Shown here in pieces: positions 19,267-27,215 of a stretch of 64,000 nucleotides of DNA. Positions within the stretch are counted from its first letter, which is position 1. Every line of letters begins with the position of its first letter. The notes under the pieces were generated by a model that worked only from the letters and a program-made list of their open reading frames with translations, did not search any database and was not told the origin of the DNA. Origin of the DNA: a virus. The stretch spans positions 32,001 to 96,000 of IMG/VR virus record IMGVR_UViG_3300044691_000566; one strand, written 5' to 3'. A program made the translations under genes and the position numbers.

Positions 19267-19305
19267 TGGAGGACGGCCCGCCGGGAGCCGTAATCCCGGC
19301 ACCAT

Positions 19306-19384
19306 GCCCCTGTAGCTCAATAGGCAGAGCGACCGACGCCCTCGGGCAGTCGGGACGATGCGGGTTCGAGTCCCGTCGAGGGCA
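19306..19384 (+). ncRNA. tRNA-like RNA (Phe-type body) with anticodon loop replaced by a hairpin
   Basis: GCCCCTG-TA-GCTC-AATAGGCA-GAGC...CCGAC-GCCCTCGGGC-A-GTCGG...GCGGG-TTCGAGT-CCCGT-CGAGGGC-A. Confidence 0.8.
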
Positions 19385-19413
19385 CGCCAGAGAATCAACC
19401 CGAGGAGGACCGT

Positions 19414-19767
19414 ATGGGACGGATCAAGCCGAGCAGGTCCAGGCGCATTCGCCCGCAGGACGTCGAGACGGTGGAGGATCTGTACGCGGGGCTCAACCAG
19501 GTCGCGGAACAGGCCCTGGACAAGCTCTCCGGGCGCCTGCTGGCCGCCGGGGCGTCCCCGGAGGACGTGGCGGCCCACTACGACGCCGTGAGGGCGCAGG
19601 CGGCCATGTACGTGCTCCAGATGGACCTGATGTCGTTCATCGACACGCGGCCCGACGCCGGGATCCAGCAGATCATCTTCGACGAGCTGATGAAGGACAT
19701 CAATCCGGTGGAGGCGCTGGCCATCGGTCTGCCGGACGCCGAGGACAACCCGACGGAAGAGGTCTGA
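19414..19767 (+). CDS. hypothetical protein
   Basis: GAGGAGG RBS directly after the tRNA-like element. Confidence 0.75.
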   Translation: MGRIKPSRSRRIRPQDVETVEDLYAGLNQVAEQALDKLSGRLLAAGASPEDVAAHYDAVRAQAAMYVLQMDLMSFIDTRPDAGIQQIIFDELMKDINPVEALAIGLPDAEDNPTEEV

Positions 19768-19768
19768 C

Positions 19769-20212
19769 ATGGGTGCATGGGGTACCGCCGTCTTCGACAA
19801 CGACAACGCCGCCGACTTTGCGGGGTCCCTGGAGTACTGCTCCACGACCGAAGCCCGCACCGACCTGCTGACCGCAACGCTGCGGGCGCTCATCGAGCTG
19901 GAGGACACGGAGCGCTGGCTCATGGCCGGGGACTTCGAGTTCCCCTACGAGATCGAGCACGCGCTGGCCGCTGCGGCCTTTGTGGCCGACCGCAAGAACG
20001 GCCGGGAGGAGTTCATCAACGTCTCCTACGCGCAGGGCCACGACAGGGAGACGGACACCTGGTACACCATCCCCCTGGACGAGCCCACCCCGACCCTGAT
20101 CAACGACGCCCTGACCGCCGTGGAGAAGATCCTGCGGCAGATGGAGGCCGACAAGGTCGAGGACGAGTGGCAGGCGAGCGCCCGTAAGATCTTCGCGGCT
20201 CTCCTCGCATAA
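19769..20212 (+). CDS. DUF4259-like protein
   Basis: MGAWG...FDND.A.DF N-terminal signature. Confidence 0.75.
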   Translation: MGAWGTAVFDNDNAADFAGSLEYCSTTEARTDLLTATLRALIELEDTERWLMAGDFEFPYEIEHALAAAAFVADRKNGREEFINVSYAQGHDRETDTWYTIPLDEPTPTLINDALTAVEKILRQMEADKVEDEWQASARKIFAALLA

Positions 20213-20216
20213 CCCC

Positions 20217-20258
20217 TTGACACTCCAACAATCCTTGGGGTAGTGTTGACCTTGTCAA
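20217..20258 (+). promoter_or_regulatory. early promoter + box driving the RNA cluster
   Basis: TTGACA-CTCCAACAATCCTTGGGG-TAGTGT-TGACCTTGTCAA. Confidence 0.85.
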
Positions 20259-20373
20259 GACGACGCGGTAGCGTCACTCAGCTCGTCCGAGAGACATCCG
20301 TGAACGAGCGGGGCGGAGGACGGGAGTGGGGGGACTGATCATCCCCCGATCCCTCTTCGCGGCCCTAGTACGG

Positions 20374-20447
20374 TCCTCCATAGCTCAGTTGGCCAGAGCA
20401 GTGCACTGTTAATGCACGGGTCGCAGGTTCGAGTCCTGCTGGAGGAG
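20374..20447 (+). tRNA. tRNA-Asn(GTT)
   Basis: Full cloverleaf; anticodon arm GTGCA-CTGTTAA-TGCAC. Confidence 0.95.
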
Positions 20448-20539
20448 CGGGGTACTGCGCAGTAACCGGCTGCTGGCCGGAAGTACCTTAGCCGGGTCTG
20501 TCCGTCATCCCGGGTGCACGAAAGACGGATGCACGATGG

Positions 20540-20608
20540 TCCTCCGTAGCTCAGTGGCCAGAGCGGGCCCGAAGGGGATGCGCGCGGGTTCAACTCCCGC
20601 CGGAGGAT
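20540..20608 (+). ncRNA. tRNA-like RNA (Asn-type body) with truncated anticodon arm
   Basis: Intact acceptor TCCTCCG/CGGAGGA, D arm and T arm; anticodon arm reduced to CCC-GAA-GGG. Confidence 0.75.
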
Positions 20609-20674
20609 CTTGCACGGCCCTGGGTAGGGGCTACCGAACCGGTTTGACCCACCGTACGTGCGAAACGGGTCGCT

Positions 20675-20749
20675 GCCCCTGTAGCTCAGTTTGGCAAGAG
20701 CGCTCGTCTGAAACACGAGAGGTCGCTGGTTCGATTCCAGCCGGGGGCA
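20675..20749 (+). tRNA. tRNA-Phe(GAA)
   Basis: Full cloverleaf; CTCGT-CTGAAAC-ACGAG. Confidence 0.95.
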
Positions 20750-20880
20750 CGCTAGGGACCCACCAGCTTGGTTATCGGATGGGCGCAGATAGAGAGTTGC
20801 CGTCAGATGAAGGTCGGCATCCACTCGCTGCCCGATGTGGGAGCAGAACGGCTAATCACCGTGGACAAGACCAAGCACAT

Positions 20881-20953
20881 GCCCCCGTAGCCCAACGGCT
20901 GAGGCCCCGGCTTCAAACACCGGAAGATGTGGGTTCGAATCCCACCGGGGGTA
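20881..20953 (+). tRNA. tRNA-Leu(CAA), short variable arm
   Basis: Cloverleaf; CCGGC-TTCAAAC-ACCGG with a C31-A39 mismatch; discriminator A. Confidence 0.75.
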
Positions 20954-20959
20954 CGCAAG

Positions 20960-21112
20960 TTCGAGGACTGAGTGGTGAGCGTAGGCCGGTTCAACTCCGG
21001 CCGTCCCGAGGGCTCGGGTGTGGGGTTCGATTCCCCTTGACCATGGTGGCGAACAGGGATCGCGGCGTCAGTGCCGTGCCCGCGCAGAGGGGTTCGACTC
21101 CCTTCCGGTCCA
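20960..21112 (+). ncRNA. degenerate tRNA-like modules (three T arms)
   Basis: GCCGG-TTCAACT-CCGGC, GGGG-TTCGATT-CCCC and AGGGG-TTCGACT-CCCTT without canonical anticodon arms. Confidence 0.6.
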
Positions 21113-21268
21113 CGGCGGTGCCAGTGGAGACGACAGCCGACTCCACACGGGTACGGAGAGGCCAACTGGGGTGATCCGCGTGGCGGCGCTCCCCCAGCAA
21201 GATCTCCGTGCGGACGAGGCCATACGTCCCCCGCACCTTTTTAAAATCTCGACTCCCCAGGAGGCGCC

Positions 21269-21484
21269 ATGGTTGTACCGACCCCCGAACGCGGCGAGTA
21301 CACGGAGCTGGCCGAACGGCTCATCGAGGAGATCGAGATGGCGACCGTCGCCGAGGTGGTGCTGCTCCGCAAGCGCATCGACGGAGCCCTGGCCTACCTG
21401 GACGAGGTGGTCACGCCCAACCAGATCACGCTGCGGCACATTCGTCGGCACCTGGACGGCGGCTACGACGGGATGCCGGGCTGA
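21269..21484 (+). CDS. hypothetical protein
   Basis: Conserved GACTCCCCAGGAGG leader. Confidence 0.75.
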   Translation: MVVPTPERGEYTELAERLIEEIEMATVAEVVLLRKRIDGALAYLDEVVTPNQITLRHIRRHLDGGYDGMPG

Positions 21485-21690
21485 TACCCCGCCACAACCC
21501 CACCGCCTTCTGGATTCTGCTGGCGGTGGGGCTCGACATCATGCTGGCCCTGCTGATCTGGGAGATCGTGCGATGACCACTGAATTACCTGAGCCCACCG
21601 ACCCCGATGAGGGCATTTCGACCACCTGGGACCACCACCCGGTCACCGGGTGGGAGCAGGTCGGCACCTTCGACCCCGACGAGGAGACCG

Positions 21691-21864
21691 ATGGTGGGAC
21701 GCCGTAGGCGCATATATCTGCGGGTGCTGCGGGTGATCCGCAAGCCCTTCTGGTACCCGCGCTGCCTCCACCTGTCCCACCGGCTGCTTCTGCCGTGCTG
21801 GCGTGCGCAGATCTGGGATTCCTACTGCCCCCACCACAACGACACCTGCTGGGGGAGATGCTGA
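21691..21864 (+). CDS. small Cys/His protein
   Basis: C.HLSHRL.LPCWR motif repeated in the next gene. Confidence 0.6.
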   Translation: MVGRRRRIYLRVLRVIRKPFWYPRCLHLSHRLLLPCWRAQIWDSYCPHHNDTCWGRC

Positions 21865-22256
21865 TGAAGACCGCCGTCGTCAAGGACCACTGGTTCCGCG
21901 CCGAATACGCGGATGACCCGTGCGGGTACAGCGGCTGCGGACGGCCCCAGGCCGAACACGTGGAGTCGGTAGGGGAGTGGATGGAGGCGCGGCACCTGTT
22001 CCTGCCGTCCCTGCCCTCCATCCGGTGCGTGCGCTGCGCGCGGTACTGGTCGCACTCCACCCACCACGGCAGCCGGAAGAACCGTCGGCTGTACTGGCGC
22101 GACTGGTTCTTCCTGTTGCGGCAGCGGCTGCTGCACCGTAACGACTTGTGCTGGCACCTGTCGCACCGGCTCAAACTGCCGTGCTGGCGCCGCGTGGACT
22201 CCACGTGCTCCATGCTCTGCGGACGCCACTACGACTCCTGCCGGGAGGGATGCTGA
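21864..22256 (+). CDS. Cys/His-rich protein
   Basis: CGR...EH, CxxC...H and C.HLSHRL.LPCWR modules. Confidence 0.7.
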   Translation: MKTAVVKDHWFRAEYADDPCGYSGCGRPQAEHVESVGEWMEARHLFLPSLPSIRCVRCARYWSHSTHHGSRKNRRLYWRDWFFLLRQRLLHRNDLCWHLSHRLKLPCWRRVDSTCSMLCGRHYDSCREGC

Positions 22257-22573
22257 TGATCGTGATCACCACCAGCAAGTTGGTCCGGGACAAGATCCAT
22301 GACCTGTATCCGGAGTACGGCTACCACACAGCGGCTCCGGAGCAGCGTCTGGATCTGCTGCAAGCCAAGCTCTTCGAGGAGAGCGCCGAGGTGTCGGTCG
22401 CCCGTGACGGCTTCGAGGCGCTCCAGGAGCTGGCCGACCTGGAGGAGATCGTCCGGGCCTACACCAGGGCCCTGGGGTACTCCCTGGAGGATCTGGAGGC
22501 CCAGCGGCTGCGGAAGTTCAGGGAGCGCGGCGGCTTCGAGGAGGGCTGGGTGCTGACCCGGCAGATGCCCTGA
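22256..22573 (+). CDS. MazG/HisE-like NTP pyrophosphohydrolase
   Basis: KLVRDKI...KL.EE..E...ELADL.E...K..ERGGF. Confidence 0.85.
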   Translation: MIVITTSKLVRDKIHDLYPEYGYHTAAPEQRLDLLQAKLFEESAEVSVARDGFEALQELADLEEIVRAYTRALGYSLEDLEAQRLRKFRERGGFEEGWVLTRQMP

Positions 22574-22586
22574 GAGGAGGGGACTG

Positions 22587-22991
22587 ATGATCAAGCGGGG
22601 GGATCTGCCCAACCATCCGGTGTCGGCGCTGGACTACCTGTTCCAGCGCGGCTGGATACCCCGTCCGGTGTGTGTGGGGCAGCCCCTGAGATCCACCGGT
22701 CAGGAATACGCTCTGGTGCTCGAAGTGGAAGGCTACGGTTTCGAGGCCGTCGCCGGGGCGACCAAGAACGAGGCCAAGCGCGAAGCCGCAGAGGCGCTCC
22801 TGGGGCGCGTGCTGGCCATGATGTGCCCGCACCCCACCAAGATGCGTTACGCGACCGACGAGGTGGCGTACGGGACGGCGGAGCGCCATCAGAACATCGG
22901 GAAGACCGGGATTCGGCGTGCGTACCTGTGCCGGTGCGGCTGGTGGCATATGACCAGCCAGCCGGACAACAACGTGAGGAGCGTGTCGTGA
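22587..22991 (+). CDS. double-stranded RNA-binding domain fused to a Zn module
   Basis: HPVSAL...Q...LEVEG....G.TKNEAKREAAEALL (dsRBD); CP..K.RY...RAYLC.CG.WH.TS. Confidence 0.7.
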   Translation: MIKRGDLPNHPVSALDYLFQRGWIPRPVCVGQPLRSTGQEYALVLEVEGYGFEAVAGATKNEAKREAAEALLGRVLAMMCPHPTKMRYATDEVAYGTAERHQNIGKTGIRRAYLCRCGWWHMTSQPDNNVRSVS

Positions 22992-23060
22992 GCGTTCGCT
23001 GGTGGACCTCTACGGACCTACCTCGGCCCCAGGGCGGGGCGAGGTCCGAAAGGGGCCCAG

Positions 23061-23252
23061 ATGGTCAAGCAGAGCCCGCACACCCGCTGGAGGGGGTGCT
23101 GCCTCATGTGCTCCAGCGGTGGAGGGTGGGGAGCCGCCCACAACGCGGTGCACAAGCAGAAGGGCGACGGGGAGCGCACGCCGTTCTCGGCGCTCCGCAA
23201 GATCGGTGTGAAGCGCCGGTACAGCAGGAACCGGGCATACGGCGACGACTGA
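23061..23252 (+). CDS. small basic CxxC protein
   Basis: ORF ending before the terminator. Confidence 0.55.
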   Translation: MVKQSPHTRWRGCCLMCSSGGGWGAAHNAVHKQKGDGERTPFSALRKIGVKRRYSRNRAYGDD

Positions 23253-23263
23253 CACCAGCTACG

Positions 23264-23298
23264 AATCGAAGGCCAGACTCCCAGTCTGGCCTTCGATT
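23264..23298. terminator. bidirectional terminator
   Basis: 16-bp perfect stem AATCGAAGGCCAGACT/AGTCTGGCCTTCGATT between convergent genes. Confidence 0.85.
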
Positions 23299-23343
23299 GT
23301 TGAAAATCTTCCAGAGCCCAGACACCCACATTCGAAGGTTGGA

Positions 23344-23709
23344 TCACCGTGGAGGGCTAGTCCTTTCCCAGATGGTCGCGGCGTGGTCGACGTTCCCGGG
23401 GCAGTCGATGTTGGTGCACTCGGCGGACTGGTCGGGGTATACGGTGTGGAGCCCGGCGCAGGAGAACATGGGGTCGTTCCCGGTCTCCTGCGCCCACCGC
23501 TCGTCGTACGCCCGCACGCTGGCCATGCAGGCGGGCCGCATGTGGAACAGGGCGCTGTCGTCCCCCAGGTCGGGCCGGAGCAGGTTGGGCCCGGGGAAGA
23601 CCACCGACGCCTGCCGCAGGGAGACGGGCCTGCGGCAGGCGTGGCACACCCCGGGGCCGATGCGGCGTCTGGTGGGCCACCAGTCCTCGTACCGGATGCG
23701 GATGAGCAT
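23344..23709 (-). CDS. hypothetical Cys-containing protein (only convincing minus-strand gene)
   Basis: GAGGAGGG RBS on minus strand; ends near the bidirectional terminator. Confidence 0.7.
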   Translation of the reverse strand: MLIRIRYEDWWPTRRRIGPGVCHACRRPVSLRQASVVFPGPNLLRPDLGDDSALFHMRPACMASVRAYDERWAQETGNDPMFSCAGLHTVYPDQSAECTNIDCPGNVDHAATIWERTSPPR

Positions 23710-23723
23710 CTACCCTCCTCGGC

Positions 23724-24008
23724 ATGATGACTTTCAGTGAGGCCATGGAGCGGGTCAAAATACGCGGTACCCGGATCAGTCGGGACGGATGGAACGGCCC
23801 GGGACAATACGTGGTGTACCAGCGGGGGTACCCGAACGGCATCGCGATCAACGCCAACACCGCCGAGGCCACGGGCATCCCAGAGGGCACGCTCATGGCC
23901 TTCAAGCCCTATCTGATGCTCTGCACGGTCGACGGGGAGTTCGTTCCGTGGGTCATCACCCAAACGGATGCCCTCTCGGACGACTGGACTGTCGTACACA
24001 TGAGCTAA
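23724..24008 (+). CDS. DUF2829 family protein, Tad2-like anti-Thoeris/CBASS nucleotide sponge
   Basis: F.EA....K.G.RI.R.GWNG..Q...PYL.....G..VPW..TQTD.L.DDW. Confidence 0.8.
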   Translation: MMTFSEAMERVKIRGTRISRDGWNGPGQYVVYQRGYPNGIAINANTAEATGIPEGTLMAFKPYLMLCTVDGEFVPWVITQTDALSDDWTVVHMS

Positions 24009-24011
24009 GCC

Positions 24012-24125
24012 CTGATAGAGTCAGGACTGCGTGGCTCGGCATGGCATGGTAAGGCTAGGCGGGGCCTGGCAAGGCGCGGCAGGGCAGGGGAACGGCCCCA
24101 ATTCCTACGGGAGTTGGGGCCTTCA
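24012..24125 (-). repeat. hairpin-(NNGCC)12-CTGACTCTATCAG element, copy 1 (inverted)
   Basis: Pentamer array flanked by a hairpin and the box; same layout as the three + strand copies. Confidence 0.85.
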
Positions 24126-24127
24126 TC

Positions 24128-24157
24128 TTGCCACTCCAAGGATTCCTGGGGTAGGGT
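24128..24157 (+). promoter_or_regulatory. early promoter (variant)
   Basis: TTGCCA-CTCCAAGGATTCCTGGGG-TAGGGT. Confidence 0.75.
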
Positions 24158-24195
24158 GAGGTTCCGCCAGAGATACCGAACTCCCAGGAGGCCCC

Positions 24196-24477
24196 GTGGT
24201 TTTCCATACGCTCGCGTTCGCGTTGCAGGTGGCGGCTCTCGCCCTCATGCTCACCGCGCTGGCGCTGCGCATCTCCAAGATCATGCACACCGATTGCACG
24301 ATCCTGTCGGTGGCCTTCGGCTTCGTCCTGCTGAGCTGCTCGGCCATCGTCACCCGTCAGATCACGGCCGCCGGGCTGCTCTTCACCCTCTTCGTGGGCA
24401 ACACGATGATCTTCCACGGTGTCCGCCACGACCTGCGTCCGGCGCGGGCCTACCACAGGATGCGGGGGCGCTCCTGA
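24196..24477 (+). CDS. membrane protein
   Basis: Three hydrophobic segments. Confidence 0.7.
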   Translation: MVFHTLAFALQVAALALMLTALALRISKIMHTDCTILSVAFGFVLLSCSAIVTRQITAAGLLFTLFVGNTMIFHGVRHDLRPARAYHRMRGRS

Positions 24478-24776
24478 TGGCGGAACTCCTGTACTGGGGC
24501 GGCTGGGGACTGTGGATCTGCTCCTTCGGATTCTTCATCCTCCGCAAGGTCGACGGTCGGCGGCACGATCTGCTGATGGCGATCTCCTGGCTGCTGATCT
24601 GTGCCGGTGAGGCCATCCGCCACCGCCAGGGATCGGCCTCCATCGACGCCGCGTTCGCGGGGTTCTACCTCTGGCACTGGTGGACCAACGGCGGGGACGA
24701 CGACACCAAGAGGCGCCTGCGCAAGCTGGCCAAGAAGTTCCAGGGGCGCCGCCGTACGGCCCCCGCGACCGCCTAG
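24477..24776 (+). CDS. membrane protein
   Basis: Hydrophobic segments, then WW..GGDDD.KRR. Confidence 0.7.
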   Translation: MAELLYWGGWGLWICSFGFFILRKVDGRRHDLLMAISWLLICAGEAIRHRQGSASIDAAFAGFYLWHWWTNGGDDDTKRRLRKLAKKFQGRRRTAPATA

Positions 24777-24786
24777 GAGGCGACGG

Positions 24787-25866
24787 ATGGACGAGCAGAT
24801 CGAGAATCCGCATGTGGTGCTGTACGTGGACCAGGAGGGCGACGAGCAGATCACCCCGGTCATGTCGGAGGCTGCGGCCAAACAGCGCGCCTGGTCCATG
24901 CAGGCAACCGGCATCAACGTGCTGAGCGTGGTGTCGGAGGCGTACGGCAAGGAGTACACCGGCTCGTTCTTCGTGCGCTACACGGACGGCTTCCAGCAGC
25001 AGCAGGAGACCGGGATCTTCCCCTCCCGCGAACGCGCCGTCCGGGAATGCGACGAGATCACGGAGGACACCAACAACAGCAACATCGAGATCCTCCCGGC
25101 CAAGATGCACTCCTCGCGCACCACCGAGGAGCAGGTGCAGAAGACGCCGGAAATTCCCTCCGAACCGACGCAGTGGGAGGCCGAATCGACATGGTGGGAG
25201 GTGGTGTACCGCAATCCCAACCTTCCCGACCCGGCGTTCACGGCGCAGTCCACGCTGCCCATGACGGCCGATGAGGCGTCGGCGGCGATGCATCGCCTGA
25301 TCCAGCGGGGCATGACGGAGTGCTCCCTCCGGCGGGTGCCGCGTGACGAGCTGAGCCAGGTCCTCTATCTCGTCCGTTCCGACGACTGGCGGGACAAGAG
25401 CACCGACGTGGAGCGGTACACCGCGCCGGAGCCCCCGCACCTGGCCAAGGATCGTGCCGCCGAGATGAAAGAGCAGGACTACCGGGTCATAGCCATCCTC
25501 ACCGTCAAGGCCGTCGATCAGCGCAGGACCGCCTCCCGGGACGTGGAGGCCGAGACCAACGAGATTCTCGACGTCCAGACGTGGCCGGAATACAAGGACT
25601 TCCAGGAGCCCACCGAGGAGCAGTACGCGGAGGTGGAGCAGGCCCCGCACCAGGATGAGGCCAATGCCGCTCTGCGGGATGCGGCCTCGCGGGCCAAGGG
25701 CCTGATCTCCCGGGACCCGGGGCATCGGGATCTGCGGGACCGGGACCGCGCCCTGAAGCTGGCCCTGAAGTTGGCCAAGATCGGACGACCCAGCAAGATC
25801 TCGGCTGCCACCCTTGTCGCCCACGCCGAGACGATCTTGAAGTTCCTGTACCCCGAGGAGAAGTAG
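24787..25866 (+). CDS. hypothetical protein
   Basis: AGGAGG RBS. Confidence 0.8.
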   Translation: MDEQIENPHVVLYVDQEGDEQITPVMSEAAAKQRAWSMQATGINVLSVVSEAYGKEYTGSFFVRYTDGFQQQQETGIFPSRERAVRECDEITEDTNNSNIEILPAKMHSSRTTEEQVQKTPEIPSEPTQWEAESTWWEVVYRNPNLPDPAFTAQSTLPMTADEASAAMHRLIQRGMTECSLRRVPRDELSQVLYLVRSDDWRDKSTDVERYTAPEPPHLAKDRAAEMKEQDYRVIAILTVKAVDQRRTASRDVEAETNEILDVQTWPEYKDFQEPTEEQYAEVEQAPHQDEANAALRDAASRAKGLISRDPGHRDLRDRDRALKLALKLAKIGRPSKISAATLVAHAETILKFLYPEEK

Positions 25867-25876
25867 AGAGATCCCC

Positions 25877-26563
25877 ATGGACGACAAGACCCTGGAACTG
25901 CCGGTCGTGCCCGATCCCGACACGGTGGCGACGCAGGAGATCCGGGTCGTCCCCGAGCATCTGGTCGGCGACCCGATACTCACCATGGATGCTCCCCGCC
26001 TGCGCTTCTTCTCGCTGTTCGACTACTACTACGGAGACCGGCCGGTCTTCGTGCCGCCACCTCCCAGACAGGTGCATCACAGAGTGCCGAAGACTCATGA
26101 CCGGGTGTTGATAGGACTGGCCGCCACGCTGGCGGCCCTGACCGTGCTGACGTACGTGGAGGTCGCGTCGGGCTGGCATTCGGGAGCGTCCCGGATGCAG
26201 CCCCCGGTGGTCGCCAGCAGCCCGCTGGCCGTCCCGAGTGTGCTGCCGGGCACCAGCGTCCCCGTGCCTTCCCCCGAGCCCGCCAGGACCGCTCAGGTGC
26301 TGGCGGACGTCCAGACGTCGCCCTCCCGCATTCCGGCCGCCGTACGCCCCCGCCGGACCGTGGTGGTGCCCGTGACGCCTTCTGTGCCGCCGCCGGTCAC
26401 CGTGAGCCCCATGCCGTCACCGAGTCCGTCGCCCAGCCCCACCGCGCCGTCTCTCTCTCCGTCGCCCCCGCTGATCGTTGTACCGGTCGGGTCGCCGTCG
26501 GCCCCGGTGGATCCGGGCAGTAGTACATCGTCGACCCCCACCATCACGAGGAGCAGTCCATGA
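25877..26563 (+). CDS. membrane-anchored Pro/Ser-rich protein
   Basis: One TM segment, PS repeats. Confidence 0.65.
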   Translation: MDDKTLELPVVPDPDTVATQEIRVVPEHLVGDPILTMDAPRLRFFSLFDYYYGDRPVFVPPPPRQVHHRVPKTHDRVLIGLAATLAALTVLTYVEVASGWHSGASRMQPPVVASSPLAVPSVLPGTSVPVPSPEPARTAQVLADVQTSPSRIPAAVRPRRTVVVPVTPSVPPPVTVSPMPSPSPSPSPTAPSLSPSPPLIVVPVGSPSAPVDPGSSTSSTPTITRSSP

Positions 26564-26862
26564 CGCAGATGACACCCGAGCAGCGCGAAGAGCGCCTCAT
26601 CCAGACCCTGATGACCACCTGGGCCCGTGACCGGCAGCATGCCGAGGGCATCCTGGCCGGGTACGTGGCCAACGAACTGGCCAAGGCATCCAAGGAGTTC
26701 GATGACCTGGAAAACCCCTACCGCCGCAACAGCTCCCGCCTGAAGTGGAGCACGGGGGTGGTGATGGTGACCTCGATGCTGTTCCGGCGGGAGATGCGGC
26801 TGTGGGCCAAGATGTCCCGGGCGGACGCCGGGCACCCGGAGCGCACGGCCCCGCGTACCTGA
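26560..26862 (+). CDS. hypothetical protein
   Basis: ATGA overlap. Confidence 0.65.
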   Translation: MTQMTPEQREERLIQTLMTTWARDRQHAEGILAGYVANELAKASKEFDDLENPYRRNSSRLKWSTGVVMVTSMLFRREMRLWAKMSRADAGHPERTAPRT

Positions 26863-26886
26863 CAAGTCCCGGGGTATACGGGGGAC

Positions 26887-27072
26887 ATGAATCCGTTGTA
26901 TTTGGTGCTGTACGTGGTCGCGGCGCTGCTGTTCTTCGCCGCTGGTGCCCTCGGGTGGGGATGGGGTGCCCCCGGGGCTGCTCCCCGGTACGCGGGCTGG
27001 AGCAACCTGGTGGCGTTCGGACTTCTGTTCTGGGTGCTGGTGCCGCTCATCGCGCTGGCCCGCACCATGTAG
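26887..27072 (+). CDS. small 2-TM membrane protein
   Basis: Two hydrophobic helices. Confidence 0.7.
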   Translation: MNPLYLVLYVVAALLFFAAGALGWGWGAPGAAPRYAGWSNLVAFGLLFWVLVPLIALARTM

Positions 27073-27101
27073 GGTCTTCCTGTCACGCGCTCCACGCCTG
27101 A

Positions 27102-27183
27102 GGCCCCTCCCCACCATTCCGGGGGAGGGGCTTCGGAATTTTAAAATCCCTCCTTGACACTCCAAGGATTGTTGGAGAGGATG
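27102..27183 (+). promoter_or_regulatory. hairpin + TTTTAAAATC + promoter with inverted spacer
   Basis: TTGACA(27154)-CTCCAAGGATTGTTGGAG, the reverse complement of the usual spacer. Confidence 0.75.
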
Positions 27184-27215
27184 GGGTCAACGCCAGAGAC
27201 CCCGAGGAGGCCCAC

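Noticed and set aside
20490-20672. Hammerhead ribozymes suggested by CGAAA motifs
   Set aside because: No correctly placed CUGANGA core.
20881-20953. Selenocysteine or opal-suppressor tRNA (UCA)
   Set aside because: The canonical 7-nt register gives CAA; no long variable arm or extended acceptor stem.
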